Of a stretch of 64,000 bases of DNA, positions 49,890 to 60,914 are shown piece after piece (the stretch's first letter is position 1; the number at the start of each line of letters is the position of its first letter). The position numbers were made by a program, and so were the translations under genes. The notes under the pieces were generated by a model. That model was not told where the DNA came from. It did no database searches and saw only the letters and a list, made by a program, of their open reading frames with translations. Origin of the DNA: Vicugna vicugna (taxonomy: Eukaryota); NCBI GenBank assembly GCA_013265495.1, contig MU058636.1:5119741-5183740 (forward strand), written 5' to 3'.

Positions 49890-50775
49890 TTATTTTAGTT
49901 GGCTGTTCAGAGTTTCATAGTATGGTTGGACTATAACATTTAACCAATACTTAAGGTGTTTCCAATTTTCACCATTATAAACAATGAACTTCCTTATACA
50001 TACTTCTTTGTGAGTTTGACTCATTATGTCCTTGGGATAAATTCTCATGAATGGAATTGCTGGATCAGACTTTAAAATATTGACATATAGTGTCAAGTGA
50101 CCATCTAAAAAGTTGCAGATCAAGAATATAAATAATCATCTATGTTTTCTTTCAGTATTTTGACTAAAATGTGTATTTTTGCATTTAGATACTTGCTCCA
50201 TCTGAAATTTATTTTGTTGGTAGAGATTTGCCATTTCTGTTTTCCCAAATGATCAGTCAGTTCCCAAATGGGAAAGTCAGTTTTCCCAGCTCATTTTGTT
50301 GAATGATCCACCTTTATCAAGTATCAGAATCTCATTAATATATGAATCTATTTCTGGATTCTGAAACAGTAATTGCAAGCTTTCCAGTAATTATTGTATA
50401 ATGCTTTACATTTTATACTTCTATGTTTTAATATCAAGTAGGACAAATACTCCTTCATTATTCTGCTTGGCTGTTTATTCATGCTTATTTTTTTAGAAAA
50501 ACTTTGAAATAATTTTTTTTTCTATGTCAAAGAAGAAAAAGCCCTAGAAATTTTATTGGGATTTGCATTGACTTTACAGTTTGATTTCTGGAGAGTTGTT
50601 ATTTTTTACAGTATGGAGGATGTGCTCAGAAATGGAATTATTTTTTCATTTATTCAAATAGCCTGTGTTCCCTCAGTAACATTTTATTGTTGTCTTCACA
50701 TAGGCCCTGCACATGTTTTGTGAAACTTTATTCCTAGGAATTTTATATTTTTTGATTGCCATTATTTGAGGGATC
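49890..50775 (-). mobile_element. L1ME-type fragments (3'UTR and ORF2)
   Basis: GTTTCCAATTTTCACCATTATAAACAATG, GGAATTGCTGGATCA, TTTTATTGGGATTTGCATTGA and TTTATTCCTAGGAATTTTATATTTTTTG. Confidence 0.85.
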
Positions 50776-51834
50776 CTCCTTCCTCCCGTTAGAGCTGTCT
50801 CGCCTGTCCCACTGAAGCAGCTGCTTCACTTAGCTCCCTGTTGCACAGTCGTCTGGAAGCTCCAGCTCCCACCCGTGCTCTGATACCTGCAAGGAGCAGC
50901 AGAGTGGAGGCTGGGCCAGGCCCCCTGCCTCCTCCTCCTCTCCTGACAGCCCTCCGTCCTTGGTCCCTGTGCGCAGCTGCAGGTCCAGCTGTCCTAGTAA
51001 ATAAGAGAGAATCAACCAGCCTCAGAAAACTCCCCAGAAGTGACCAGCAATCAAAACACAAACTTATTTCTAAGTGCCCTGTACTCTGTACCCAGGGTCA
51101 ACTTTTATAAGCTGAGGCTATGGGTCAGGAGTTGGGGCTGGTAGCAGTCCTGGCCTCTTACCCTGGCCAAGGCCCTGAGGCCCGGAGCCTGGGGAGTCAG
51201 CCTGGTGTGTCCTGTGGGGGGTGTCTAGGCTCCTTCCTGGGAACACTCCTGCCCAGGGCATGCAGGGGAAGAGCTACAGAGGGGAGAAAGGCAGCCCTGG
51301 CTTCTCAGGGGAGCTAGGAAATCTCCCAGGGCTCTGTCCTACAGGAAAAAACAATCTCTAGAAAACAAGAGAGCTCAATGTTTTTCAGTTCTGATTTCTA
51401 TCTCAGTCATTAAAAATCAAGCTTTAAAAATAAGACCCTATCTACTGTGTTTTCATAATCATCACTGGGGCTTAAAGTGATTAATAACAGAGGGCTTTTG
51501 TTTAAATATTAAACATGAATGGTTTTGTTCTGCTCTTGAGAACTGGAGGCAGACAGCTAGAAATGGGCTCACAACATACTCTGCCCCTGGGGTCTGGGCT
51601 GATTACAAAGGTGACCCTTGAGAGATGGTGCCTGTAATCAGAGGACACTTCCGTCCCACCACGTCCTGGGCTGCACCGTCACCTAGGCAGCAGGGGACTT
51701 CACAAAAGCCTTCTGCGTTTTTTGTCTCCCAAATGACTGACGGGTTTGTTAGGGAGGAATTTATTGTTACTCGCTTCTTTCATTTGATGTCACATGACAG
51801 CTCTGAGGCTCAGAAAGCCAAATCCCTTACCTTA

Positions 51835-52050
51835 ATAGCAATAGCTATCATCCGGCACTGGGCCGACACTCTACATGCGTTATTCTGTTTAACGTTTACA
51901 GTACGCCGAGGAGTATGTGACATTATCCCTGTTTTAACTATGAGGATATCGAAGCTTAGAAATTAAGGTAACTTTCCAAGTAGACGCAGCTTGTGAGTAA
52001 GATTTGGAAACAATTCTTATCTGATTCCAAATAATAAAGCTCTCTTTCTC
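51835..52050 (-). mobile_element. MIR SINE
   Basis: ATTATCCCTGTTTTAACTATGAGGATATCGAAGCTTAGAAATTAAGGTAACTTTCCAAG. Confidence 0.75.
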
Positions 52051-52204
52051 TTGCCCTAGCTCACCTAACTAAATACTAAGTAAGTAACTGGTGCAGGTCT
52101 CTTGGGACATGACCGCCTCTCAGACCCTGGACCAGCTCCTGTTCGTTTTTGAGTGAGTGGTGTGTCAGGACGATTTCAGTGCGTGAGCAGCCAGAGTAGT
52201 GGCA

Positions 52205-52420
52205 TAAATATAATAGAAAACATCAGCACTGGGCTTTGCCAGACACTGTTCTGAGTACTTTGGGAGCATTAAATCTTTGCGTCTTCACAACAACCCCATC
52301 ACTCAGGTGATTCTCATCCCTTATCGTGAGTCTCAGAGACGACCAGATGACCAGCATGTGGTGGAGAGGGGACCCAGGGCGGTTGGCTCCAGAGATCTGT
52401 GCTCTCACTCGCACATACAG
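52205..52420 (-). mobile_element. MIR SINE (internally deleted)
   Basis: TGCCAGACACTGTTCTGAGTACTTT...TCTTCACAACAACCCCAT. Confidence 0.7.
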
Positions 52421-52479
52421 GGCCTCTCTGTCTAAGACAGAGGTGCTTTCAGGGCAGGGTGAGGGCTGGCAGGTATCAC

Positions 52480-53400
52480 GAGTTTTATTTGAGCATGTTG
52501 TATCTGAGGTAGAGTATTTGGTATCCAAGGAGCTATAGAGAAGGCATTTGGATATCAATGTGGCATCAGCATATAGGTAATGTGTAAAGCCAGAGATGAG
52601 ATGAAATCACCTCTAGAAAATGTACAGGTGGCGAAGAGGAGAGGCTCGTGGCCCTTTCCACATCCTGAGGCAGGGCTGGCAAAGGACCCAAAGGACCCCT
52701 CTCTTTCTTACACCTCACATCCCAAATCTCAGCGGGACCTGTGGATTCTGACCATGCCTTTCCATGCCCTAAAATAAGCCATCAGCCTGGCTCATTGCTA
52801 CAATCTAGAGTCCCTTCTGACAGGCTGCCCTGGTCACCCCACCCTCCTCAGTAAGCTCCTGCCACACCAGCCTTCTTGTTCTGAATGTGTGGGCACACTC
52901 CCCTGCCTGCAGTGCACAGTCCTAGGGCTCCATCCACTGCTTTGCCCAGTCCCTTCTCAAATGCCACCTCCTTGTAGGGGCCTTTCCTGACCACCCTATC
53001 CAAAAGAGCACCCCCAGCACCCCCCTCTCCCCATAACCTGCTTTAGTTTCCTTCATAGCCCTAATTACTACCTACATTGCATTACATGCTTATTGCCCAT
53101 CTCCTCTTTGTACTAGTCAACTCTGTGACACAGTGTGGATTCACTAGTGTGTTCCCAATGCCCAGAAAAGTGCCTGGCCCCATGGGAGACATACGACAAA
53201 AATCTGTGAATGAATGAATGAATGATTGAAAAGAAACTAAGAAGTAGTGGTCAGGAAAAGAAGGAGGAGTGTGCTGTGACAGAAGAAAGAGAAGAAAGTG
53301 TTTTAAGAAGCAGAATGTCTGTCCATATCTAATGCTGATGGTGGTCAGGGGGATGAGGAAGCAGGGCTGACCTTGGATTTGGATGCCGATGTTCTTGCCC
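52480..53400 (-). mobile_element. Antisense L2 (~52480-52685 and ~53230-53400) interrupted by a sense L2a
   Basis: TTTGAGCATGTTG...CATCAGCATATAGGT...AAAGCC on the left and GAAGAAAGTGTTTTAAGAAG...AATGCTG...TTGGATTTGG on the right. Confidence 0.65.
52690..53228 (+). mobile_element. L2a 3' end with (GAAT)n tail
   Basis: TCAAATGCCACCTCC...GGCCTTTCCTGACCACCCTAT...CCCAGAAAAGTGCCTGGC...TGAATGAATGAATGAATG. Confidence 0.88.
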
Positions 53401-53429
53401 TTTCGCTCTAGTCTTATCAGTGTGATAGA

Positions 53430-54140
53430 GGCTCATCTGCAGGGATGCTCACTGCAGCACTGCAGGTAACAGCAAAACACTGACACAAACGAGGGTGCAT
53501 AGGCACCATTCACTTAATGGTTGAATACTTTTTTTTTTAATACTTTGCTTTCCCTTTTTTTTCTTCCAGTTTTATTGAGATATAATTGACATACTGCACT
53601 GTGTAAGTTTAGGGTATACAGCATAATGATTTGATTTACGTACCTCGTGAAGTGATGACCACGGTAGGTTTAGTGAACATCCATCCTCTCCTATAAGTAC
53701 AAAATTAAAGAAGTAGAAAGTTTATTTTTTCTTGTGATGAGAACTCTTCGGATTTACTCTCTTAACAACTTTCATATACAACAGACAGCAGTGTTAATTA
53801 TATTCATCATGTTGTACATTATATTCCTAGTACTTATTTATCTTAAACGGTTGAATACATTATTACATCCATACTATGGAATATTATGCAGTCATCCAAA
53901 AGGAGGGAGATCCACAGCATTTTCTGGAAAGATGTCCAGATGTATGAAATGAAGAAAGTAAGTTGGAATTCAGTTTATGATTCCTTTTTTTGGTTTGTTA
54001 GAAAAGATATATATATATATCTACTAAGAAAAAGTTGGAATGGATAAACAATAAACTATTTCAGGAATTTTCTATGTGGGGTTTGAAGTTCAGGGAGATT
54101 TTCACTTCTTATTTTATATAGTTGTTTTTTAAGTGGTAGC
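53430..54140 (+). mobile_element. L1ME 3' region interrupted by a younger antisense L1
   Basis: GGATGCTCACTGCAGCACTG on the left and TACATCCATACTATGGAATATTATGCAG on the right. Confidence 0.72.
53529..53845 (-). mobile_element. Younger L1 3' end with 13-bp target-site duplication
   Basis: Poly-T, CCAGTTTTATTGAGATATAATTGACAT...TTGTGATGAGAACTCT. TSD AATGGTTGAATAC (53516-53528) / AACGGTTGAATAC (53846-53858). Confidence 0.9.
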
Positions 54141-55139
54141 ATTATGGGAACTTTTTTCTCTTTGCAATTTGTACATTTTTTTCAAGTAATCTAAAAAGAA
54201 AAGAAATAAATAGGCTGATTTTATATCTACTTAAATATATAGATGAAAAAAAAATTGAGGATAAGGGTTGGAGGCCCTGGACCAGGCAAGAGCCAGAGGC
54301 CCCAGAAGGAAAGTTCCAGACATGAGTAGAATGCTTTCTGCTCATTTGCCCCTGTTCTGAATACACGAGAAGCCTCGTGCAGTTGGGCTGCCCATGGCAG
54401 TCATCCTGAAAGGGTGCCAGTCTTGAGCTGGCTACTCTGTATCTCCCTCAGGGAGAACTTTCTGGTATGTCCCAGTGGCCAAGTCAGCCTGCTGGTCTGT
54501 GGGGAGCTCCTGTAGCTTACACCGAATCTTAGTCACTGGCACCATCACTTATTTTACTTAATATTTTTTTTTCTCCCCAAGACACCTAGAGTCCTTAAAG
54601 TGCACTCTGGTGAGAATATAGCACGCAGACCCAGTTCTTCCTTCTTCTAGACACCTCATATGCCAGGGACATACTTGGCTTGCCTCCTAGAGATTTCATA
54701 GCAGAGCAAAATTCACTTTTATTGAATAGATAAGTAAGAGTTAAGGTCATCCCCTAAAACAGATTTTCTTGGAAAGAAGAAACTGGTAATTTACCCCAGG
54801 AATTGTATTTTTAAAAATTAAACTCTACTTCAATAATAAGAATTGATGAAGGGTGCTGATGTCCTTCTCTTTGTACTTTGTTAAATAGTCGCCATGGAGG
54901 CCAACTGCGTCTGTAGGAGAGTCAGCAAAATCTCCATCCCTTTTGCAGACAGACTTCTCGAGAGAGGAGTCTGTATTTGCTGTCCCTTCCTCACTTCTCC
55001 ATCTTTCCCCAGCCCTCTACATTATGACTGTCTTCCCTGGGCTTCTCATTGCCTGTCTCCATTCGCTCTCTTCTTGGTCAGCACATGCTAGGAGAATGTT
55101 TTGTGTCCCCATTGTCCAGCCGGACCCCTGAAGTGGAGT

Positions 55140-55520
55140 GGCCCTCCCTGCTCAACATGCCCCAGTCCTCAAGCTCTTACATACCCTCTGCCTTCACTTG
55201 GATCGTTCCCTCTGCCAGGCCTGTGTTTCCCTCATTTTTCTACCTTTCATGATCAGCTCGACTGTTTCTCCCTTGGAGAGTCTTCACTGGCCCCTCCCTC
55301 CCATCCCCAAGGAGAATGGGGTCTTCCCTGGTTTGTGTTTCTGTAACTGTGAACAGACTGTGAGCAGGTACAGAGCTTCCTTGAGGTCACTGTGCGATGT
55401 CATCATGTACATGTCTGCCTCTTCCATTAGACTGTGGGCTTCTGCATTGCCAGCTCCCAGCACAGTACCTGGGGCAGAGTAGGTTCCCAGTTCATGTTGA
55501 CTGAATAAATGAATGAATGA
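55140..55520 (+). mobile_element. L2 3' end
   Basis: CATTAGACTGTGGGCT...CCCAGCACAGTACCTGG...TGTTGACTGAATAAATGAATGAATGA. Confidence 0.8.
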
Positions 55521-57109
55521 TTCCCATGGGAATATGAAAGGCGAAACCCACAATTTTGCTGGGAACTCATTATCTTGATGATAGGAACACTGAAGAGCTA
55601 TATGCATACAATCTCCCCACTGGGTACCGCCATGAGCGTCCTTCTTCCAAGTCTACACAGAAGGTGGCCCAGGAGTGTTCAATCCCATTCCCAGTTCTGT
55701 TTCCGACTCACTCTAGCCCTTTAAATTACTCACTTCCTGTCTCTGATGGCGTTTGCTCGTTTATAAAGCAAGGTGACACCTGAGGGCTGATAACAACTGA
55801 AAGCTTATAAAAGATTTCAGAGCACCATGAGCTGTGTAAATGCTAGATGTTGTTTTCAATCAGGAAAGTGAGTGAGTGGAAACTGCTAAGCTCTCCCATG
55901 CACTGCTAACTACTTTGTCAAATTTAAAAAGTACTTAAAACCACCCCAAGAGGGGTCTTGGTATTCACTCTTCCTCATGAGTAATTTCATATGAGGAACA
56001 ATGACTAAGACAAGAAGCCAGGATTCTGGGTGATGGGGGAGTGGGGTGGAGTGGGGCTGTCTCCTCCTTCTGATTCCCACTTTCAGTGTACTTAACTATG
56101 TGCCTGCAAAGGGAACGATGCATAAATTATTAGTACCCAAAGGCAGTTCCTGTGAAGGGAAGACAATCTGTAACTGTTGCAGTGACGTTTCCTTCCAAGG
56201 GATGCTGAGTGAAGCCAAGTTCCTTGTGGATGTTTACTCCCCCTGTGGAGGCGGGTGCTCCCTCCAGCATCGCTCCTCAGTTTCTGAGCAACACCCTGAG
56301 GCAGGAGGGGGGCCTTGTCTTTCTCCTGCAGCCAAGCCCGGCTAAGCAATGAGTGCTGTTGGTCCCCTGGCCTCCCCCACCACGAGCACCTTACAGATCA
56401 GAAATAATTAGCTGATTCATTCCATGGCCAGAGGCGTGAGGCAATGCCAAATGCCAATTAGCTTGGCATGTAAGTACACAGCTTCCCAGCAGTCAGGTCT
56501 AATGTTAATATAAGCACTAAAAAATGACAAGTAGTCTGGGGAGTAAAGTTCCTTTTGTAGAACATGACTGGCTTCAGGCCTAAAAGTGAGGCCCTTGATA
56601 TGTTAGCTTTTCTCTTGGGCTTTCATAATAATGCACCGCGTGCTGCCTAATATTAAGGATTTTAGTTGAGCCTTTTATCTTTCCATTTGTGGGAGGAGAA
56701 ATGGTAGGGTGTGGGCGACACGCTTGTCCCTGTCCACTTAAAGATGAAGATGGTGGGCTCCTCCCCGTCACCCTGATGGGTGTTCAGAGGTCCCCTTTGC
56801 TGACAAGTGTCCTGAGGGCCCTGTGGGGTGGAGGCTACGCTGGCGGCAGGCCAGGGTGGATCAACAGCCCGTCCTGTGGGCGTTGCTGGAAGTGAGGGAG
56901 GAAGGTCCCAGCAAGTATAGATTAGATGGTCGACAGCTGCAGGTGTGGGGCTTGGGCCATGCATTGTTCTCATTCCGAGAAAAGGTTTTCGTTCTCTCTT
57001 GGGAAGGACCAGCCTTACCCTCAGGTGGGCCTCCTTCCAATGCTGAAAAGACCAAAAAGCTGTAAAGTTGTGTTCAGGCATTTCTAAAAAGCTCAAATAT
57101 TCATACATA

Positions 57110-57230
57110 GCCACATATATAAAATATGCACACACAGCATGTAACTGTTTACAATGTGTGTATGTAACACCAACACACACGTATATATGTATTTTACACA
57201 CATTATACATATATGTTTGTGTACACTCTC
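57110..57230. repeat. Degenerate (AT)/(AC)/(GT) low-complexity tract
   Basis: CACATATAT...CACACAC...GTATATATGTAT...TATACATATATG. Confidence 0.7.
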
Positions 57231-59349
57231 ATATTCTCAAGGCAATATCATATCTTGAGAAACTCCTTCTCTAACTGTTTTTTCTGGGCAACATGGGAAT
57301 CACCTTCTTAGCATCTGCTTTCAAAGACTATCAAACAGGAGAAAGCAATTCTTTCCAGCTTATGACAGCATACGTGATGCTAAAACTGGAATAGGCCATT
57401 TGGATTTTTTCCTGAATTTATATTTCATTTTGAAAAATAGTATCTTGGAAAAAACACTTTTGGTATACTAAATGGTGAGGGCCTGGTGCTGTGAGTACAC
57501 TTTGGGCTGTGTCTACCGACATAGGAAGTGGGTGGGGGCTGGGGCAGTCAGAGCCCAGTTAACTCCAGGAGACTCCCAACCCCCTTGTATCCAGTCCAGG
57601 GCTAAATGCCTGTACATCTGCAGACCCCACCTTTATGACCAGACCCCAGAACACGCTGCTGACAACTCCTTCCCCTGATGAACACCCTCCCCTGACAACT
57701 ATCATGCACTTAAACAGCTACAACAAACTGAAGCTCAGTGAAGCACTACAGGAAGATCTCAGACCTTCAGAATGCTCAGGGACCTCTGGGGCTGGTAGCC
57801 TTGAAACTGCCACTTCATTTACCTTTTGCATTGTATGGGCATGATCCCAGAAGGCTGGTCTGCAAAGGTAATCTGCCTCCACACTTTAAAGGGCAACCCT
57901 TTGCTCTGACAAAATTATGGGCCTCTTAGCTTCTTGGATATTCTATCTAAAATTATAATGGTTTTCTAATTGATAAATGTCAAGCCTGAGCTTCTCAGGT
58001 TAATATTTTACATGGTAAATGAGATCTTTGGACATGGCTATTATAGGCATATAAGCCCATGCATGATACACTGAATAGCCTTGTAAACATGGTATGTTAG
58101 GAACTGCATGCAATTGTGTTCATTTTGGACGCTGTCTTACAGTCTATGGACAGGAATCAGTTATGAGCTGGGTTGCAGAGCTCAGTAGAAGCCCCTGGTG
58201 ATTGAACATACTGAATATATTTCTACAGAACCTGTTGCTAAGTTCTTTTGACAGGTCAACTAACAATTTTTAAGGCAAGAGAGAGATGTATTCTCACCCC
58301 TCTCCTTTACATTTATAGTTTAATAACCTGAAAACACATACACACCCCAAATAGCAAACAGGTGCCACTCTTCATGGAAATGCCAGTTGATTGGTGGAGA
58401 CCACTCTGAACACTGCAGTGCAAAGAACTGTGAAGTGGTCAGTGGGAAAACATGGTAGTTGATTAGATAGCCACAAAGGGTATGGACAATGAGAGGGGCT
58501 GGGGGTGATTTGCTGGATAAATACGAGGGCTCTTAATGGGAGGAGAAGCCAAAGTAGGTGAAGAATCAAACATCACATCAACTTAGGTGTCCAGTCTGTC
58601 GGATATATTTTTATTTCATCCAAGCCCGTTAAAACAACTGCAGCAGGCATTCAGCGCATAGAAATAGCCATCTCAAAACGTCGGAAGTTCATCTAGAATG
58701 TGTGTAGTGAGTGTAAAACAAGTGACTCAGTTTAAGGCAGGAAATGGGAAAGAAAATTGGTAAATTCATTGTAAGCTAGTTATATGTGAAGCAATTAAGT
58801 TAAATTCATACATTATCTCTAAACTCACAGTTGCCATGTTTCATGATTTCCCACTGTTAACCTAAACATGTTTCACAAACCTTAACCTTCATAAACAAAC
58901 TATGCATTTTAATAGGGTAAAGACATGTTTGTGGTAAGATAATTTTATAAGAGGGCCCTTATCTCTTTGCATTGGATAGCAGGAAAGAAATCTGTCACTT
59001 GCGAAAGAAAATAGAAATAAGGCAAATTTATATTCCTTGAGAGCTTTGCCTCAATCTGATTAGTTAGCAAATAGTTTTTCTTCTAATTGTTTAGTTCACT
59101 AGGCCATAAATTCAGCTTCCTTATCAGCACAGAGCAAGGCATTCTATAGCGCAGCAGCCAGAATAAACAAAAGCACTTGAAGCCCAAGTGATTTGCTTCA
59201 GTTTCCCTGTGAGAGAGTCATAAAGCTGACTCTCTTCTTAAATAGAAGCTTGTGTTTCTGATTTCGTATTTTCCTTTCTTAGAGAAGGGCTTGTATTATT
59301 CTACTTGCCCACAGAAAAACAAAACAAATATTAAGATGCTTTCAGACAG

Positions 59350-59730
59350 CAACTGAATCACTTAGAAATTGCATTTGGCCGCCAGCTACAAAGACCTGAC
59401 GCTAGTGACTTAAGCAAATTAGGTTATTTTCTTTGTCATCAGAGAAGGATGGGCGTTGGCCCGCGCGCAGCGCCTCTGTGCATTGTGAAGGACCCATGCT
59501 CCTTGTAACTCCGTGCTCTTCCATTTTTGGTACGCGACTTTCCCCTCGAACTTGCCTCTTGGTGCAAGATGGAAGGAGCTTCAGCAGCCATCGTGTCTCC
59601 ATTCTAGGGAGGAAGTAGGAAGAAGAGGGTCTGGAAATCTTCCTGGAAGCCGTCCTGGAAATCACACCTAACAACTGACGGTATTCCGGATGACCCTCAG
59701 GCACTGGATCAACTCTGCGTTAGGCTCGAA
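59350..59730 (-). mobile_element. MLT1J/K-like LTR
   Basis: TTAGAAATTGCATTTGGCCGC...AGTGACTTAAGCAAATTAGG...GGTGCAAGATGG...CAGCCATCGTGTC...AGGAAGAAG. Confidence 0.7.
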
Positions 59731-60029
59731 GCAGCCTGCCATTGCCTCGCCTCCTGCCTGTGCGCAGGGCCTGGGGTATCCAGGCTTCACCATCGCCACC
59801 CTTGCACGAGGAGCAGCCGAGGCTGCCTGACACCCACGCACGTGTGATTTGACTGCGGACGAGTTACTCCTCCGTGGGTCAGGCTTTGGCTAAGGGGAAG
59901 CGTCAGCCGTCAGATCCGCTGGTGGTCTTGGAAGGTTTTGGCTGCTGGTGTTGTGAAGTGACTCAAGAGGCTTTAGAGCTGGGGGGGCCCATTTCCCCCA
60001 AAGTACTTGGCCGTGTGGAGGAGCCGGGA

Positions 60030-60150
60030 AACCTGATGAAACTTACCCTTCCTAAGACTCAGTTCATCTGTAAAATTCACAGATTGGTTATGATGAATAA
60101 ATAACATAATGGGCATGAAATGTGAACCAAACAGCAAATGCGCAGTAAAT
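60030..60150 (+). mobile_element. MIR core
   Basis: CTTACCCTTCCTAAGACTCAGTTCATCTGTAAAAT. Confidence 0.7.
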
Positions 60151-60639
60151 GGTCTGTATGATTACAAGAGTTTTCCATTCCCTGGCTTTAATTCTAGAAT
60201 GTGAATCCCTCCTGCCATGGACGCAAAACCATAGTAGGAGAGTCACAGCTGCAGTGCCTCTGGCTCCCAGGGAAGATGTTCCTTCTGTGTTCAGCACTGA
60301 AGCTCCAGTTCTGGCTCCGTTGTCAAAGCTGCAGTCAGTCCATCTCCCTGCAAGAATTCAGGGATATTTCACGACATTGGCATTTTAATTCTCTCCTTGT
60401 CAGCTTTCCTACTGCAGATGATACATAGACAGGCTGCAGAATTTGGATAGTAAGTTAATGGAGGATTAAGCATGCAGACTCTGGGGTCTCAATCACTATG
60501 ACTGCAGGGCTCCATGAGCTGGCCTGGCAGATAAAGACCTTGCACATTTTGGCTGTGTTCAGGGTAGGCCCTTGTGTAGGGACCTGCAGCTGCCCAAAGA
60601 CTGCCCTGTTACCACTTCCAGTTTCCCCAGATCAGGACA

Positions 60640-60825
60640 GAGAGTGGTCTGGCAGATTATCCAGTCTGCATTTGAACATCAGCTCAGCCACTTACTAGCT
60701 TTGTGACCTTGTGGAAGTCATTAAATGTCTCTCCAGCTCAGTTTATTGTTTCATCTGGGAAGTAGGTGCTATGACCTGCCTATCATGGAACATATATTCA
60801 ATAAGTGATAACCACTATTATTAGT
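60640..60825 (+). mobile_element. MIR SINE
   Basis: CAGCTCAGCCACTTACTAGCTTTGTGACCTTG...CTCAGTTT. Confidence 0.8.
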
Positions 60826-60845
60826 AAACTGGGTTCATCTTTGAG

Positions 60846-60849
60846 TATA

Positions 60850-60893
<44 letters not shown>

Positions 60894-60914
60894 CATACAT
60901 ATATATATATATAT
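60846..60914 (+). repeat. Compound (TG)n(TA)n microsatellite at L1 tail
   Basis: TG run followed by TA/TACA runs. Confidence 0.95.

Noticed and set aside
56662..57210. 182-aa minus-strand ORF
   Set aside because: It starts within a low-complexity AT/AC tract and resembles no protein family I know.
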